Shown here piece by piece: positions 12,984-24,684 of a DNA stretch of 64,000 nucleotides (position 1 is the stretch's first letter; each line of letters opens with the position of its first letter). Location of the stretch: assembly GCA_035221665.1 (NCBI GenBank), contig CM069149.1:43338001-43402000 (forward strand). Direction: 5' to 3'. Position numbers and translations under genes: made by a program. Under the pieces are notes generated by a model. That model saw nothing but the letters and a program-made list of their open reading frames with translations, was not told the origin of the DNA and searched no databases. Source of the DNA: Okamejei kenojei. Lineage: Eukaryota.

Positions 12984-13369
12984 GAACTGCAGATGCTGGT
13001 TTGAACCGAAGATAGCTGGAGTAACTCAGCGGGTCAGACAGCATCTACGGAGAAAAGGAATAGGGGACGTTTCGGGTCAAGACCCTTCTTCAGACTGAGA
13101 ATCAGGGGAAAGGATGACTTATTTGGCTTGGAGATGGTCTTCATAAATAGCTGTTCATAGGACCTATTGATTTGGCTTTTGGTGAATTGTAACACCACCG
13201 CCATAAGTACTTGAGAAGCTCATTTGGATATGTGAATGCTTATCCATCCACAATGGAAACTGTAATTCATCCCATTTATTGCATGGTATGCTTTCCATAT
13301 TTCCAATACTTGTTTAAAAAAAACATGTACAATATTCTAATTCTATGGAGAATATAGATCTGTCCTGGG

Positions 13370-14088
13370 CCCCGTACATCAATGCAATCATGAAGAGAAC
13401 TCATCAACTCCCTTAAAAGATTGAGGCGATTTGGTAAGTCAACAGACAGATACACTGTTGAACTTCGGTAGAAAGCATATTGACTGGTTGCATCAAGGCC
13501 TGATGGCCAGGAGAATGCAAAAAGAAATGGACATTGTCCCATCCATCATGGGTACAGGTGTCAGGAGTAATGGGAAGCAGGCAGGGGAATGGGGTTAAGG
13601 TAAAGATAGATTAACCATGATTGGATGGCAGAGTTGACATGATGGACTGAGTGGCCTAATTATGCTCCTCTCATTTATAAACTCCCTGCAATCAAAGGGA
13701 TCTATGAGGCGCTGGCTCAATACGGCAGCCGGCATCATCAAGAGCCCACAGTACCCTGGCCATGCTCTCATTTTATTCCGACCATTGGGAAGGATATATT
13801 ATAGTCTGTAAAGTGTGACCACCAAGTTCATGAATTGCTTCTTCCCAACAACCATCAGGCTCTTGAACCTTATAACTACTAAATAAACCACAAACTGCAA
13901 ACTGTCTCGGTTGCACCAATGACTTTGGGCCTTTTGCAATGATATTGGGTGTTTTAATTGAATTCATTTTTTAGTTTATTTTGTTATCTACGAGTACTGT
14001 GTTCACCAGCCTGTTGGTCCGCTGCAAGTAAGAATTTCATTGTTTTGTTTTCTGTACATATGATAATTAAATCCTCTGGATTCTTGAG
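13370..14088 (+). mobile_element. Rex1/Babar-like LINE 3' fragment, with CR1 tail inserted at ~13555-13678
   Basis: Decayed LKRLRRFG, VESILTGCI and IIKEP..PGH..NCFFPTTIRLLN motifs typical of the Rex1 C-terminus. Confidence 0.75.
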
Positions 14089-14178
14089 AAGGTAAAAAAA
14101 AATCTGAAGAATTTTGCATTAATTAAAGATATGTTAACGGACATCAAGTAATCCCTAGCACACTGACCACAACATTCA

Positions 14179-14216
14179 TGCCTCACCCGCTGAGTTTCTC
14201 CAGCATTTTTGTCTCC
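14179..14216 (+). mobile_element. 38 bp Penelope-repeat micro-insertion
   Basis: TGCCTCACCCGCTGAGTTTCTCCAGCATTTTTGTCTCC flanked by 12 bp direct repeat CCACAACATTCA (14167-14178, 14217-14228). Confidence 0.75.
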
Positions 14217-15109
14217 CCACAACATTCACAGATGTGCATTTTCTGGGAGCATGGGTCTATCTTTTTGCCTAACCCTGGCTAATGGATGATTGAATCAAAA
14301 TGGAATTGAATACTCTAAGAACTTCATCAGTAAATCCTAATCAAGATGAACTAAATCTTATGTAATTCAATGATAAAATAACCTGCTTAGAGAAATAAAA
14401 ATAAAATACCCGTGCATTTGTAACGTTTTGAGTTCGTCAAGTACGTTTAATTTTACAGATAATCATGAAATATGTCATTTGATAACTTTACTACAGAGGT
14501 TAAAATAGGAATATCTTAACCACCTCTCTGGAAAGACCCAGAGGAATGATCTCAAAAAAAGGATCAAAGAAAATCACTGACCTAGCCATTAGGAGAGATG
14601 TTAGCAGAAGATGTTAGCAGAAGATTGCACATCAAATTTGCATCAAGTAGAATAAGAAAAAACTGCATCTATTTTCTCTTCAACCTCCTCTTTGTCCTTC
14701 TTTGTTAGGACCTGGTAAGACTCCAGTTGGTTGGAATTGGTATGGTGGTCTTTCAGAGACTGGGTCAGATCTAGCGATGTGCAGCCAAGAAAAAAATACA
14801 AAATACAAATTGTGGTTCAGGCTATCATTTTGCAAATCTTCCCAAGATTTAGAGTGGAAAGCAAATGACTATTAGCTGAATTAATTGTTTCTGGATATAG
14901 ATACTCCCCCCGTTGCTAATAGTGGTGACAGGGGCAAAGTTGATGGGGTTTTTTCTCTGATTTTGTCCACCTTGTTCTGAAGAAACTGACTCTTTTGGAG
15001 GGTACGGTTCAATAGCTGTCAATCATCACCTCCTAACCATTAAAATGTGCATGTGCTCAAGATGAGTATTTACTGACATTCTTAATTTAGAACATAGATA
15101 ATACAGCAG

Positions 15110-15335
15110 AGGAACGGCGAGGATGTGAGTGCTTGGAACACATTGCCAGGGGCGGTGGTGGAGGCAGATGAGATATTGGTGTTTAAGAGGCTTCTGGTTA
15201 GGCCCATGGAAGTAAAGGGAATAGTGGGATGTGTATCATGTACAGGAAGATAAGATTAGTTTAATTGACATCATATTTGGCACAAACAATGTGGGCTGAA
15301 GGGTCTGTTCCTGTGCTGTATTTTCTATGTTCTAC
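15110..15335 (+). mobile_element. CR1 3' end fragment
   Basis: TGGAACACATTGCCAGGGGCGGTGGTGGAGGCAG (WNTLPGAVVEA) and tail GGGCTGAAGGGTCTGTTCCTGTGCTGTA. Confidence 0.85.
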
Positions 15336-15557
15336 TCAAATCGAGTAATGTAATCTTCTATATGCATCTGAAAAGTCATGGGTGATTTGGGTTTAACTTT
15401 GCAAGCAAAATAAAACATAACTGATAACTCAGCACTTTTTCAGCAGAAATCATGAATATGTGCTAAAGGCCTAAAAGAGTTCACAGGTGTGGAGGTGTCA
15501 GGGGTACGAATGCTGCCAATGATTCAAAGCTGACATCTCAGTTAATTGATGTGTTGG

Positions 15558-15910
15558 CATACCTGCCAACTTGTGAGAATGAAAAATCGGAATCCTATTA
15601 GTCTGACGTCAGTGAGGGCGGGGCACGTGACGTCAGTAAGGGGCGGGGCACGTGACGTCAGTAAGGGGCGGGGTACGTGACGTCAGTGAGGGCGGGAAGG
15701 TGACGTCAGTGCGGGGGGGGGGGCAAGTGACGCCGAACGCCACCGTGGCGGGGCGGGGTCATGCGGCTGCGTGCTGACGTACACCCGTGCGTGCCCCCAT
15801 AAGCGGCGCAGGTGCGGTGCGCTCTCTCGCTGTCTCCTCGCCGCCGCCGCCATGGGTCGCATGCACGCTTCCATCCCAATTCCGAATTCCAATTTTTTTC
15901 GGAATATTGA
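15558..15910 (+). mobile_element. Probable hAT-like non-autonomous transposon end, CpG-rich
   Basis: Starts CATACCTGCCAAC, resembling the GCTGCCAAC termini at 18227/20934; TCGGAAT/ATTCCGA subterminal words; second terminus not found. Confidence 0.45.
15604..15735. repeat. ~24-25 bp tandem repeat made of CRE, GC-box and E-box motifs
   Basis: TGACGTCA at 15604, 15628, 15653, 15678, 15701; unit TGACGTCAGTAAGGGGCGGGGCACG. Confidence 0.95.
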
Positions 15911-15994
15911 GGATCAAAAGATGCTGCCTGACTCGTTGAGTTATTCCAGCACTTTGCGTCTTTTTTCCCCCCCAACTTCTTCACTCATTTCCCG

Positions 15995-16335
15995 GACTGA
16001 TGAAGGCCAACATGCCAAAATCCTTCTTCAGCACCCTATGTACCTATGATGCCACTTTTAGTGAATTATGTACTTATAGGCCTAGATCCCTCTGCTCTCC
16101 AATGCTACACAGGGCCCTACTGTTCACTGTAAAGGTCCTGCCCTGGTTTGATGTCCCAAAATGCAACACCTCACACTTGTCTGAATTACAATATCCACTC
16201 TACTACCAATTTGCACAGCTGATCAAGAATTAACTCTTGATAACCATTTTCACTGTCTTTCATATCATCTATTTTAGTGTCATCTGCAAAGTTACTAATC
16301 ATGCCTTGTACATTTTCATTCAAAGCGTTGACATG
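15995..16335 (-). mobile_element. CR1 RT fragment
   Basis: Reverse strand has TTTGCAGATGACACTAAA (FADDTK) and AAGTGTGAGGTGTTGCATTTTGGG (KCEVLHFG). Confidence 0.85.
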
Positions 16336-16431
16336 TATTATGTTTTATCATGTTTTATTAAAAAAAACCTTCTCATGAAGCTACAATCTTAAGATGGAGA
16401 AATCACTAGTGTGATAGTAGTTCATAAACGA

Positions 16432-16628
16432 GAGTAGATGCATGTTGGAGTAACTCAGCGGGACAGGCACCATCTCTGGAGAGAAGGAATGGGTGACGTT
16501 TCGGGTCGAGACCTTTCCAGGGTCACCCATTCCTTCTCTCCAGAAATACTGCCTGTCCCGCTGAGGTTCTCCAGCATTTTGTGTCGATCTTTAATTTAAA
16601 CCAGCATCTGCAGTTCTTTTGTTCACAA
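16432..16628. mobile_element. Inverted pair of Penelope-like pseudo-LTR fragments
   Basis: CTCAGCGGGACAGGCA..GGAGAGAAGGAATGGGTGAC is mirrored by GTCACCCATTCCTTCTCTCC..TGCCTGTCCCGCTGAG. Confidence 0.85.
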
Positions 16629-17833
16629 TTAAGAGATCTAATAGAAGATAAATTCAATAACAACAGTTCTAATTTCACTTTACATTCAAAGCTGAAAGAA
16701 AATATACAGTTGCTTTGATTTTATCCTTGGTCGCCTCACAATGACAAAGATAACATTTATTTGATACAATTTTTCAATTTATAAATTATATTATAGATTT
16801 TGTTATCAAATGCAAAACTGACCTGCTCTGACATTTGCTTGTCAAGTACAGTGGATTGTATTTACTACCTTATAAGATCTCTATGCATCAAGCCATTAAA
16901 CACAAAACTATGGTGGAAACTAACAAAAGACAAAATACATAAGAGTTCACACTTGCTGTCACAATAATATTGCTAAGCTCATTGGGCAAAACATCTCGGA
17001 CAACAATTTGTGCACACTTGGTTACCTTTGCTACCTTAACATGTTGACAAACCAATCATTGGTCATTTCTTTCCATTAATAATTTACTCAAAATGCAGTA
17101 ATCCCAGTGTTGGTAGGGCAGAAAATGATTGTGTTCACACGATCACTGCATTTTTCATTAGCCTGGTGCTTGGAAGCACAGCATTTAAATCAAAGAGAAG
17201 ATAAACATTTGTTATAATCTTCATGCACAACCTGGGGCAATGAACTGCCTTAAGATTTTGTTGAATACCCAACATTGCCAACTGACATGTGTTTCCTTTG
17301 TGTTATTACTCATTTTATCTAGATTGAATCCAAATTTTATTTTCCTTCCGTAAATTTAATCATTTTAGTTTCTGTTCAAAGACAGTGAGAGATCCACGAT
17401 TTAAAAAAATGTTAGTACAGACCTCTAAAGAGCTTATTCAAGTTCATTATGTCTAAGTGACAAGTTTGACATTACCTCTGGGTGACATTGTCCTTCAGCA
17501 GGTGTCTTGACTTTCAATGATCTTTTAAGCTTTAAGACCTCGTTGACGCCTAATATTTATTTTCTTTGATCTTTAAAACAAAAAAGCATGCTTTAAAATC
17601 TCACCAGTATGTAGGGACCTACAGTAAGCATCGCAAAACAAGTATGTTCATTTGATCAAAGATATGTGATTGAATTTCCCACGTTTCTTTGCATCCACAA
17701 ATGAAAGTAGCATTCAAGGACTAATCCATTTACATTGCGATAATGTTTGATCATTGGCTCCACTGACCTGCAACCTGCTCCTTTAGTTTCTTGGTCACCC
17801 TCTTATTGGTTTTGGTGAATTCCATCTTCCAAT

Positions 17834-18037
17834 GAAGATGGACATAAAATGCTGGAGTAACTCAGCGGGTCAGGCAGCATCTCTGGAGAGAAAGAATAGG
17901 TGATGTTTTTGGTTGAGACACTTTGTCAGACAGTTAGACCAGTCTGAAGAAGGGTCTCGACGCAAAGCATCACCTATTCCTTTTTTCCAGAGATGCTGCC
18001 AGACCCGCTGAGTTACTCCAGCATTTTGTGTCCATCC
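17834..18037. mobile_element. Inverted pair of Penelope-like pseudo-LTR fragments
   Basis: ~100 bp arms form an imperfect palindrome centred near 17935; decayed hammerhead core at 17944-17970. Confidence 0.85.
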
Positions 18038-20061
18038 TTCCATTGTTTGGCTATTTCTAATAACCTCGAGGCTTAAATATATTCAGAATAAAGCCCCCTC
18101 AAATCTTTCAGCTCCATTCCAAAATTGCAACATTGATAAATTCATACAATGCCCATTTTTTCTTGTGTAATATTTTATACTTGTTTGGGATTACACTTCA
18201 TCTATTATTCAACAGGCCATTCACACGCTGCCAACATTGGGTGAGAGTTGGGAGTGAGAAGTTGCGAGAGACCAAGCCCGAGGGAGCATAGCGAATGATC
18301 TTAGTATATTCATGTATGGAAATCTGATTATAATCAAACACTTGGCCATGTTGACCAACCTGGGTCTCACTGCACACCTGGTACTACTCCTGACACTGAC
18401 TCCAGTTGCATACCTTCTCTCATTCCTGACCCCGAGTCCAGCCTTACACCTGGCCCCCTATTCTATCCTGATCATAGCTGCTTACCTGCTTAGGTTCCCA
18501 ACGCTGAACACTCCCATTGTCCCAGCTTTGACTGCACACCCAGTACTATTTCTGACCTTGACTCTGGATGCACACTTGGCCTTGCTCCTAGCCCCTCTGC
18601 ATCGACAATATATCTGGCTCACACATAAAGCTACATATCTGACCCCCTGGACTTAACCTATTACGTTCAAGTCCACAGGTGTTTATCTAATGCGGTAATA
18701 TTTTATGGGGCACTTCACAGACCAAATTTTGTATAACAAAATGTGCTACATCCATTGGCTTCCTTGTTATTTAACATGCTGGTTACTTTGTCAAATAAAT
18801 CATCAATTGTCCTGAAACCATTTTCACCCCCAATATCTTCAGTATTTTGCTGTCTTCCTCTCAGCTGGGACTTTTCCAAAATGCAAAGTCCAATAACTAT
18901 ATATTTAAGCAATATTATTCTATTAAATGTGATCTTGAGAGTACATAATATGTTCTGTGGTATTCATAACACAACAATGATAAAACGATCTTTGTTTTGA
19001 TTGCACCTACCAACATGCATACATTATTATATTACAGTTAATATGTACCAAGGGCAAATTTTTGTTTCAATGCTCCCCATTCCCAATTACTTTTACATTG
19101 AAGTGATTGAAATCCAAGCGAAGTTTAAATGGCATCAGAAAAATAAAACCTCCGGAATGGATGATATTCATTACTTGGTTGGTTGGAGTCAGTATCAGCA
19201 CTATTATTATATTAAACTTTGAATCTTCAGATGTCCTGGTTCAAGCTGAAACTAAAGACAAATAATAACCTCCTCACACATTCCCCTGCAGGTATCACTG
19301 TCACTCCTTTATAATATGCCCCTTCTTTGAACAAACTCTTAAACGTCGCAACTGAATCAGTTTCCATCTGATTACACTCCTTGAGGATGTTCATCTACGT
19401 GTTCAATGAATAAAACAACGAGATTGGGGACATTTCTGTACAACCTGTCAAAGGAATTTGGGGGGTGTTAGAAATAGTCAGTGAGGTAAACAAACATAAT
19501 AGTTGAATGGCAAATGACAATAGTGCTACCTTCCCAATATTTAACTGAAGGAAATAATGGGTTATCGGGGCTGTAGGTTGTGACACACAGCCTGACACCT
19601 TGCATGTCATTTTAATATTACACTTCTCCCTTCCCCCTGGATATTCCGGATTAATAAATTAAGGTTTTGTGAACTAATTACAAATCAGGCTAATTACAAA
19701 TCAATAACATTAGCCAACTCCGAAACACGAAGCGCTGAGCATTGGGATCCAGAAATCACAGACAACTGGCCTCAGTGCCCCGCTCACATCTGGCAGTGTT
19801 CTCCGTCTGAACCAGGGGACGCAGAGCGCCTTTGAAAGCGGGGGGGGGGCTGAGTGATCCCTGATCATTGGCATTAGGGGTACCCGGTGAGGGAGTGGAG
19901 CAACTAAGTGAGGTGAGGGTGTGGGAGGGGGGTGTCCCCCCTTCCACGGGAGGGACATTTTAAAATTTGATGTATTAAAATCATGTTTTAGTGCAATGTA
20001 GAAGTATGATTTCAATGTTTTTTGTTTGAAGTATTTTTAAGAGGTAACTTTTTAAGGGGTA

Positions 20062-20287
20062 CCTTTTTTCCACACAAAGGGTGATGGGTGTATGGAACAA
20101 GCTGCCAGAGGAGGTAGTTAAGGCAGGGACTATCCCAACATTTAAGAAACAGTTAGACTGATACATGGATAGGACAGGTTTGGAGGGATATGGACCAAAA
20201 GCAGGTAGTGTAGCTGGGACATGTTGGCGGGCGTGTGCAAGTTGGGCTGAAGGGTCTGTTTTCACACTGTATCACTCTATGACTACA
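20062..20287 (+). mobile_element. CR1 3' end fragment
   Basis: TGGAACAAGCTGCCAGAGGAGGTAGTT (WNKLPEEVV) plus GGGCTGAAGGGTCTGTTT tail. Confidence 0.9.
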
Positions 20288-20351
20288 TTGTACCTCCACC
20301 ATGCATGAATGCTTCAAAATCAAGTGGTCGAGTTTTATTGCCATATACTCA

Positions 20352-20697
20352 AGCATAGAAACAAAGAAAATAGGTGCACGAATAGGCCAATCGGCCCGTC
20401 GAGCCAGCACTGCCATTCAATATGATCATGGCTGTTCATCTAAAATCAGTACCTCTTTCCTGTTTATTTCCATATCCCTTGATTTTGCTAGCCCCAAGAG
20501 CTAAATGTAACGCTCACTTGAAAACATCCGGTGAATTGGCCTCCACTGCCTTCTGTGGCAGAGAATTTCACAGATTCAGAACTCTCTGTGTGAAGAAAGT
20601 TTGGCCTCATCTCAGTCCTAACTGACCTACCCTTTATTCTTAAACTGTGACCCCTGGTTCTGAACTCACCCAACAACGGGAACATTTTTCCTGCAGT
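20352..20697 (-). mobile_element. CR1 3' end fragment
   Basis: MFPLLGEFRTRGHSLRIKGR in ORF 20488-20724; similar to 5283-5630. Confidence 0.9.
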
Positions 20698-23600
20698 TAC
20701 AGTAAGTGAAAATCTAGCAGGCAAGCAGGATGCTTTCTCTAACCACCCATTTGAAGGCCAGTATCTTCCACCGCCGCTGCTTCTTCTTCCATCCCTCCCT
20801 CAGCCCCGGCTCTCCAACATCCGTGGCCCATGCAGTTGATATGAGTTTTGAAATTTTCGTTGATCACAGAATTTCTCACAACAGAGCGTGAGAAATTTGT
20901 GATCAGCGTGAGAATTTGGCCAAATGCGTGAGAGTTGGCAGCCCTGCCATTCATCACTTAATCATCATATTAAGCTCAATCCATATTTTCTGAACTGCCT
21001 TCTGTAATTTCATTCTCTTTAATTTTGTATCATTTTCAAAAATAATGTCATGTAGTCAGTTTTGCATCTGGGTTAATTATGCACATTAACTATGATGGTT
21101 ACAAGATTGGATCCTGTGATACATAATTCTTCCAATGAGTAATTGCCTCTTCCTTCATTTCGGCTAGTTTCTTACCTGTTCACAGGGTTTATCTACTTTT
21201 TCCACGCTTTGAGTAAGACTGATAGCCTTTCATATTAAGTGTTATAAAATGTCTATTTAAGTCAAGGTGCACCAGATCTTGGGATTTCCCTTAGTTCAAC
21301 TGTCACTTCCTCAAAGTTTTTGAACAGGTTGATCTGGTAGAAACTTCCCTGCTGGTTCTACATTGATCTCTGCTTATATGGGTACCAGTGTCCCGATCAT
21401 TCTCCTTTTTATTCCTGACAGTTGATTCTGTACCTTTACATGAAAAAGACCGATGGGACTGGTCTTTCCTACTTAATTATCTGTTATGAAAATGAGCATC
21501 ATGTTCACCAGTTTACAATTTATTAACAGCTCTTTTCCAGTGGTCACTGTGTTCTCCCTAATGCTTTGTGGATCTTATTACTATGATAAATATCCTTCAC
21601 CAGGAATTTATTTATTTTAAGCACCTATCTAGTAGCTCTCACATAAAATTAAGTAATTTGGTAAAGTTGTCACCTACATTATGAAACATGAAAAATAATT
21701 ATGGTTTAGATCAGCTCAGATTACATTCATAAGAAGAATAATTAGGCACAGTTAATAACAGATATCCGATTCACTACATTGGGTTGTAAATGCTTGCCAA
21801 AGTTGAACATTTTGCTCATTGATTTTATTTCGGATATTCTTAAGGAGGATACATGGTTCACAATCTTCATCGCTGAACTCTTGAAAAATATTCTGCATTT
21901 TGCTATTATGAGCTCATTCACAATTTTTAACATTTGTGCTTTTCACTTGCTTAGTTAAACCACAACTGCCTGAAACAATGTTTTACAATTAGGTTTCACC
22001 ATTTGTTGCTGGTGTTAACTTTCCCTTTTCACGTGTGTGTAACGACTTCATCCAGTAAAAACAACCTGCCATAATCACAGAATGCAATAAACTAATGGTG
22101 TGATATAGCTGTGGTCTTGCAGCGAACAATAATGCACTAATCCTGGATGCCACCACTGTTTCTGAACGCTGTTCCTTTTTGAGTACCAATTCATCACAAA
22201 TTTGTCCAAAGATCCATAGTTGCTCTCGCCATGTAATTCTGTACACATATCAAACACAATCATCACAGGAGTAATATCCACACGAAACATTAGGCCAATT
22301 GAAAGAAAACAATTTAAAAATATACTTAAATAGAACAATATAACTCATTGGTGATCAAAAGTTGCTTTGGAATGAGCTGAACACTATTGTTGAATATGTG
22401 AATCAATTTCAAGAAAATTGATTCACATTTTCCCAGGTTGATTCATGTTAATCCCAGGTTATGGATATCTTGTTGGAGATTAAAACAGCAAGGATATGGG
22501 AAAAAGTTGTTCAAAGCAGATCACTCCTGAGCTTCCTCTGTGCATTCTAACCAAATGTACAACGTGGCATTCTCAGACTCAGTGGGCCGAAGGGCCTGTT
22601 TCCAGGCTGTATATCTGAACGAAATTAAACTAAAAGTGGTACGGTTTGTTTACAGTTGTAATGTTACAATGCTTATTATGATCAATTGATATATGCAAAG
22701 CAAGAGCCAAGATGTTAGCCAGGGGTAAATGCTAATTGCAGCAATTTATAAAGAAGAATCTTAAAATAAAATATTTCTTGATATTCAGTACACATTCTCT
22801 AAAAAAATAATATAATTATTCTATCCATTTTAATAAAACAAATTGGATCAGTTTCTGACATTGAGAATATAATGAGCTGTAATAAATAAAGAAGGCTATC
22901 TGCTGTGGTGGTAATTCTGAACTATATCTTGCACAAATCAATATGCCCTCAACAGCTTTGAACTAGCTCTTTCCCATCACGTGAAAGTAGCAAGTGATGG
23001 GAAACTGCTCTGACCCAACCAAGTAGCAAAAAACTGCTCACAACTGCTTTTAGTTTTCAATTCCATTTCTGAAAATGTACAAAAAGTGTACTTTTGATTT
23101 TGAGAGGAATTATGAAATGTTTAAAAGCACAAGCTACCAAAAAGGGCACTTTAGTTGACAACTATTTCTTTAAGAACTATTTAACGGGATTTAACTAATT
23201 ATTCAACAAGGTGTATCATGTCTCTAAATATCTTGTGTGTGTGATATTGCCAATGCAAAAGGTGAAAAGTTGTGAAAATGGCAAGTTGCATCAATCGCAG
23301 AGGGTTAACAAATGATATCAATACATTCCTCTCGACCTTCCCTTCACGAAGTATTGTTTTGGTGATTTTAAGTATCCAAAGCAATAGCAAAAGCTCACTC
23401 TTAAACCATATGTTTTTAACAAAAGCTACAAAGTACTTGTATTTTTAGGCATAAACAGGAGAAAATTCAAGACGTAGGGAGAAAAAATATGAATCTCATA
23501 GATGAGATTGACAGTAAATACACATGCAGATTAACACTAAAAAGGTGCAGCACTGAACCACAAAACACCAAAAAAAAGCAAGAAATATTAAACACAAATA

Positions 23601-24543
23601 AACATTTAGGTTAAAATTACAATACATAATACATCTCTAAAGCTGGAAGACAGCAATTGGCTGAGCACACAGAGTTGGTTTATTCAGTTGTCACAAAACT
23701 AAAGGATCCTGATCATATGATGGTCACTAGATATCGTTATAAAGGTTCCTACTTGACATTGTCCACACATTCTCTGTCATTCATGTTTCAGATGTAAATC
23801 AAATATTCTTATTTAGTAGAACAATGGTCACAATTAAAGCCACATGGCCTAACGTCATACAACCTTACTTCAAAGCAAATGAAATAATCTTCCTTTTACA
23901 ACCAATGTAACTGAAGCATTAACATTAGAATTAATAATATAGTCAGATTACAAATCATAAAAAAGATTAAATGGTCACTTGTGGCTCTTTTGATTGGGAG
24001 CATAAAAATGTCACAGAAAATGTACTAACAAAAGTTAATAAATGGCTTTATTTTTAAATTCTAATAGCATAGAGTTTATTTTTAATATTGGAGTAACAAT
24101 ATCATCACCCTAATTATAAACATCTTTTGCTCAACATAAGCACACTATTTAAAACGTGTACATATTCAGTAATATAACTATATGAAGATAATAACAATCA
24201 CATTACAATATTCAATATGGGAGAAGGAAGAGGAGACAAGGTAATATTATACATACCAAAGTATTTGGTACTTAATGCACCAAAGTATAAAAAAATCTTT
24301 ATGATCTTGCAGAATGCTTTTTGTTTAAATGTCAATTTAATTGCTTTATTAATTTAATATTACAATTGATTTATTGGAATACATTTGTTTAAGAAAGAAA
24401 AATCCTATTTGTATAGAGAATTTCCTAAATGTTAGATGATAGCAAAATTATTTTAGGCATAAATGTTGACGAGATTGTGCAAAATGCTCGCTGTGCCATA
24501 AGTGGAAAATAAATTGGATTAAAAACATTAAGAACTTTTAATA

Positions 24544-24684
24544 TTTAAGAAGGAACTGCAGATGCTGGAAAATCTAAGGTAGACAGAAATGCTGGAGAAA
24601 CTCAGCGGGTGAGGAGGCATCCATCTATGGCGCTCCATAGAAGCTGCCTCACCCGCTGAGTTTCTCCAGCATTTTAGTCTACCC
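24544..24684. mobile_element. Inverted Penelope-like repeat pair with TSD
   Basis: ATGCTGGAGAAACTCAGCGGGTGAGG / CCTCACCCGCTGAGTTTCTCCAGCAT; 14 bp direct repeat AAGAACTTTTAATA at 24530-24543 and 24685-24698. Confidence 0.85.

Larger units (their letters stand above)
12818..13115 (-). mobile_element. Penelope-like pseudo-LTR with intact hammerhead core, split by a retroposon insertion
   Basis: GAAGGAACTGCAGATG|CTGG interrupted at 12840; reverse strand 13096-13066 reads AGTCTGAAGAAGGGTCTTGACCCGAAACGTC. Confidence 0.85.
18224..20946. mobile_element. Possible composite hAT-like non-autonomous element
   Basis: GCTGCCAAC (18227) and GTTGGCAGCCCTG (20934-20946) termini, GTGAGA subterminal repeats at both ends, flanking duplication CCATTCA (18217-18223, 20947-20953). 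Confidence 0.55.

Noticed and set aside
14690-14722. Plus-strand 6 nt microexon TTTGTTAG|GACCTG|GTAAGA
   Set aside because: Good-looking splice signals but no other evidence for a plus-strand gene; expected by chance in 64 kb
15604-15735. Regularly spaced repeats as a CRISPR array
   Set aside because: Units are contiguous tandem copies without unique spacers; no cas genes; vertebrate context
21170-21182. Minus-strand donor CAG|GTAAGA as next exon of the gene
   Set aside because: Lies in what looks like an old LINE-derived stretch; no convincing acceptor or open frame upstream
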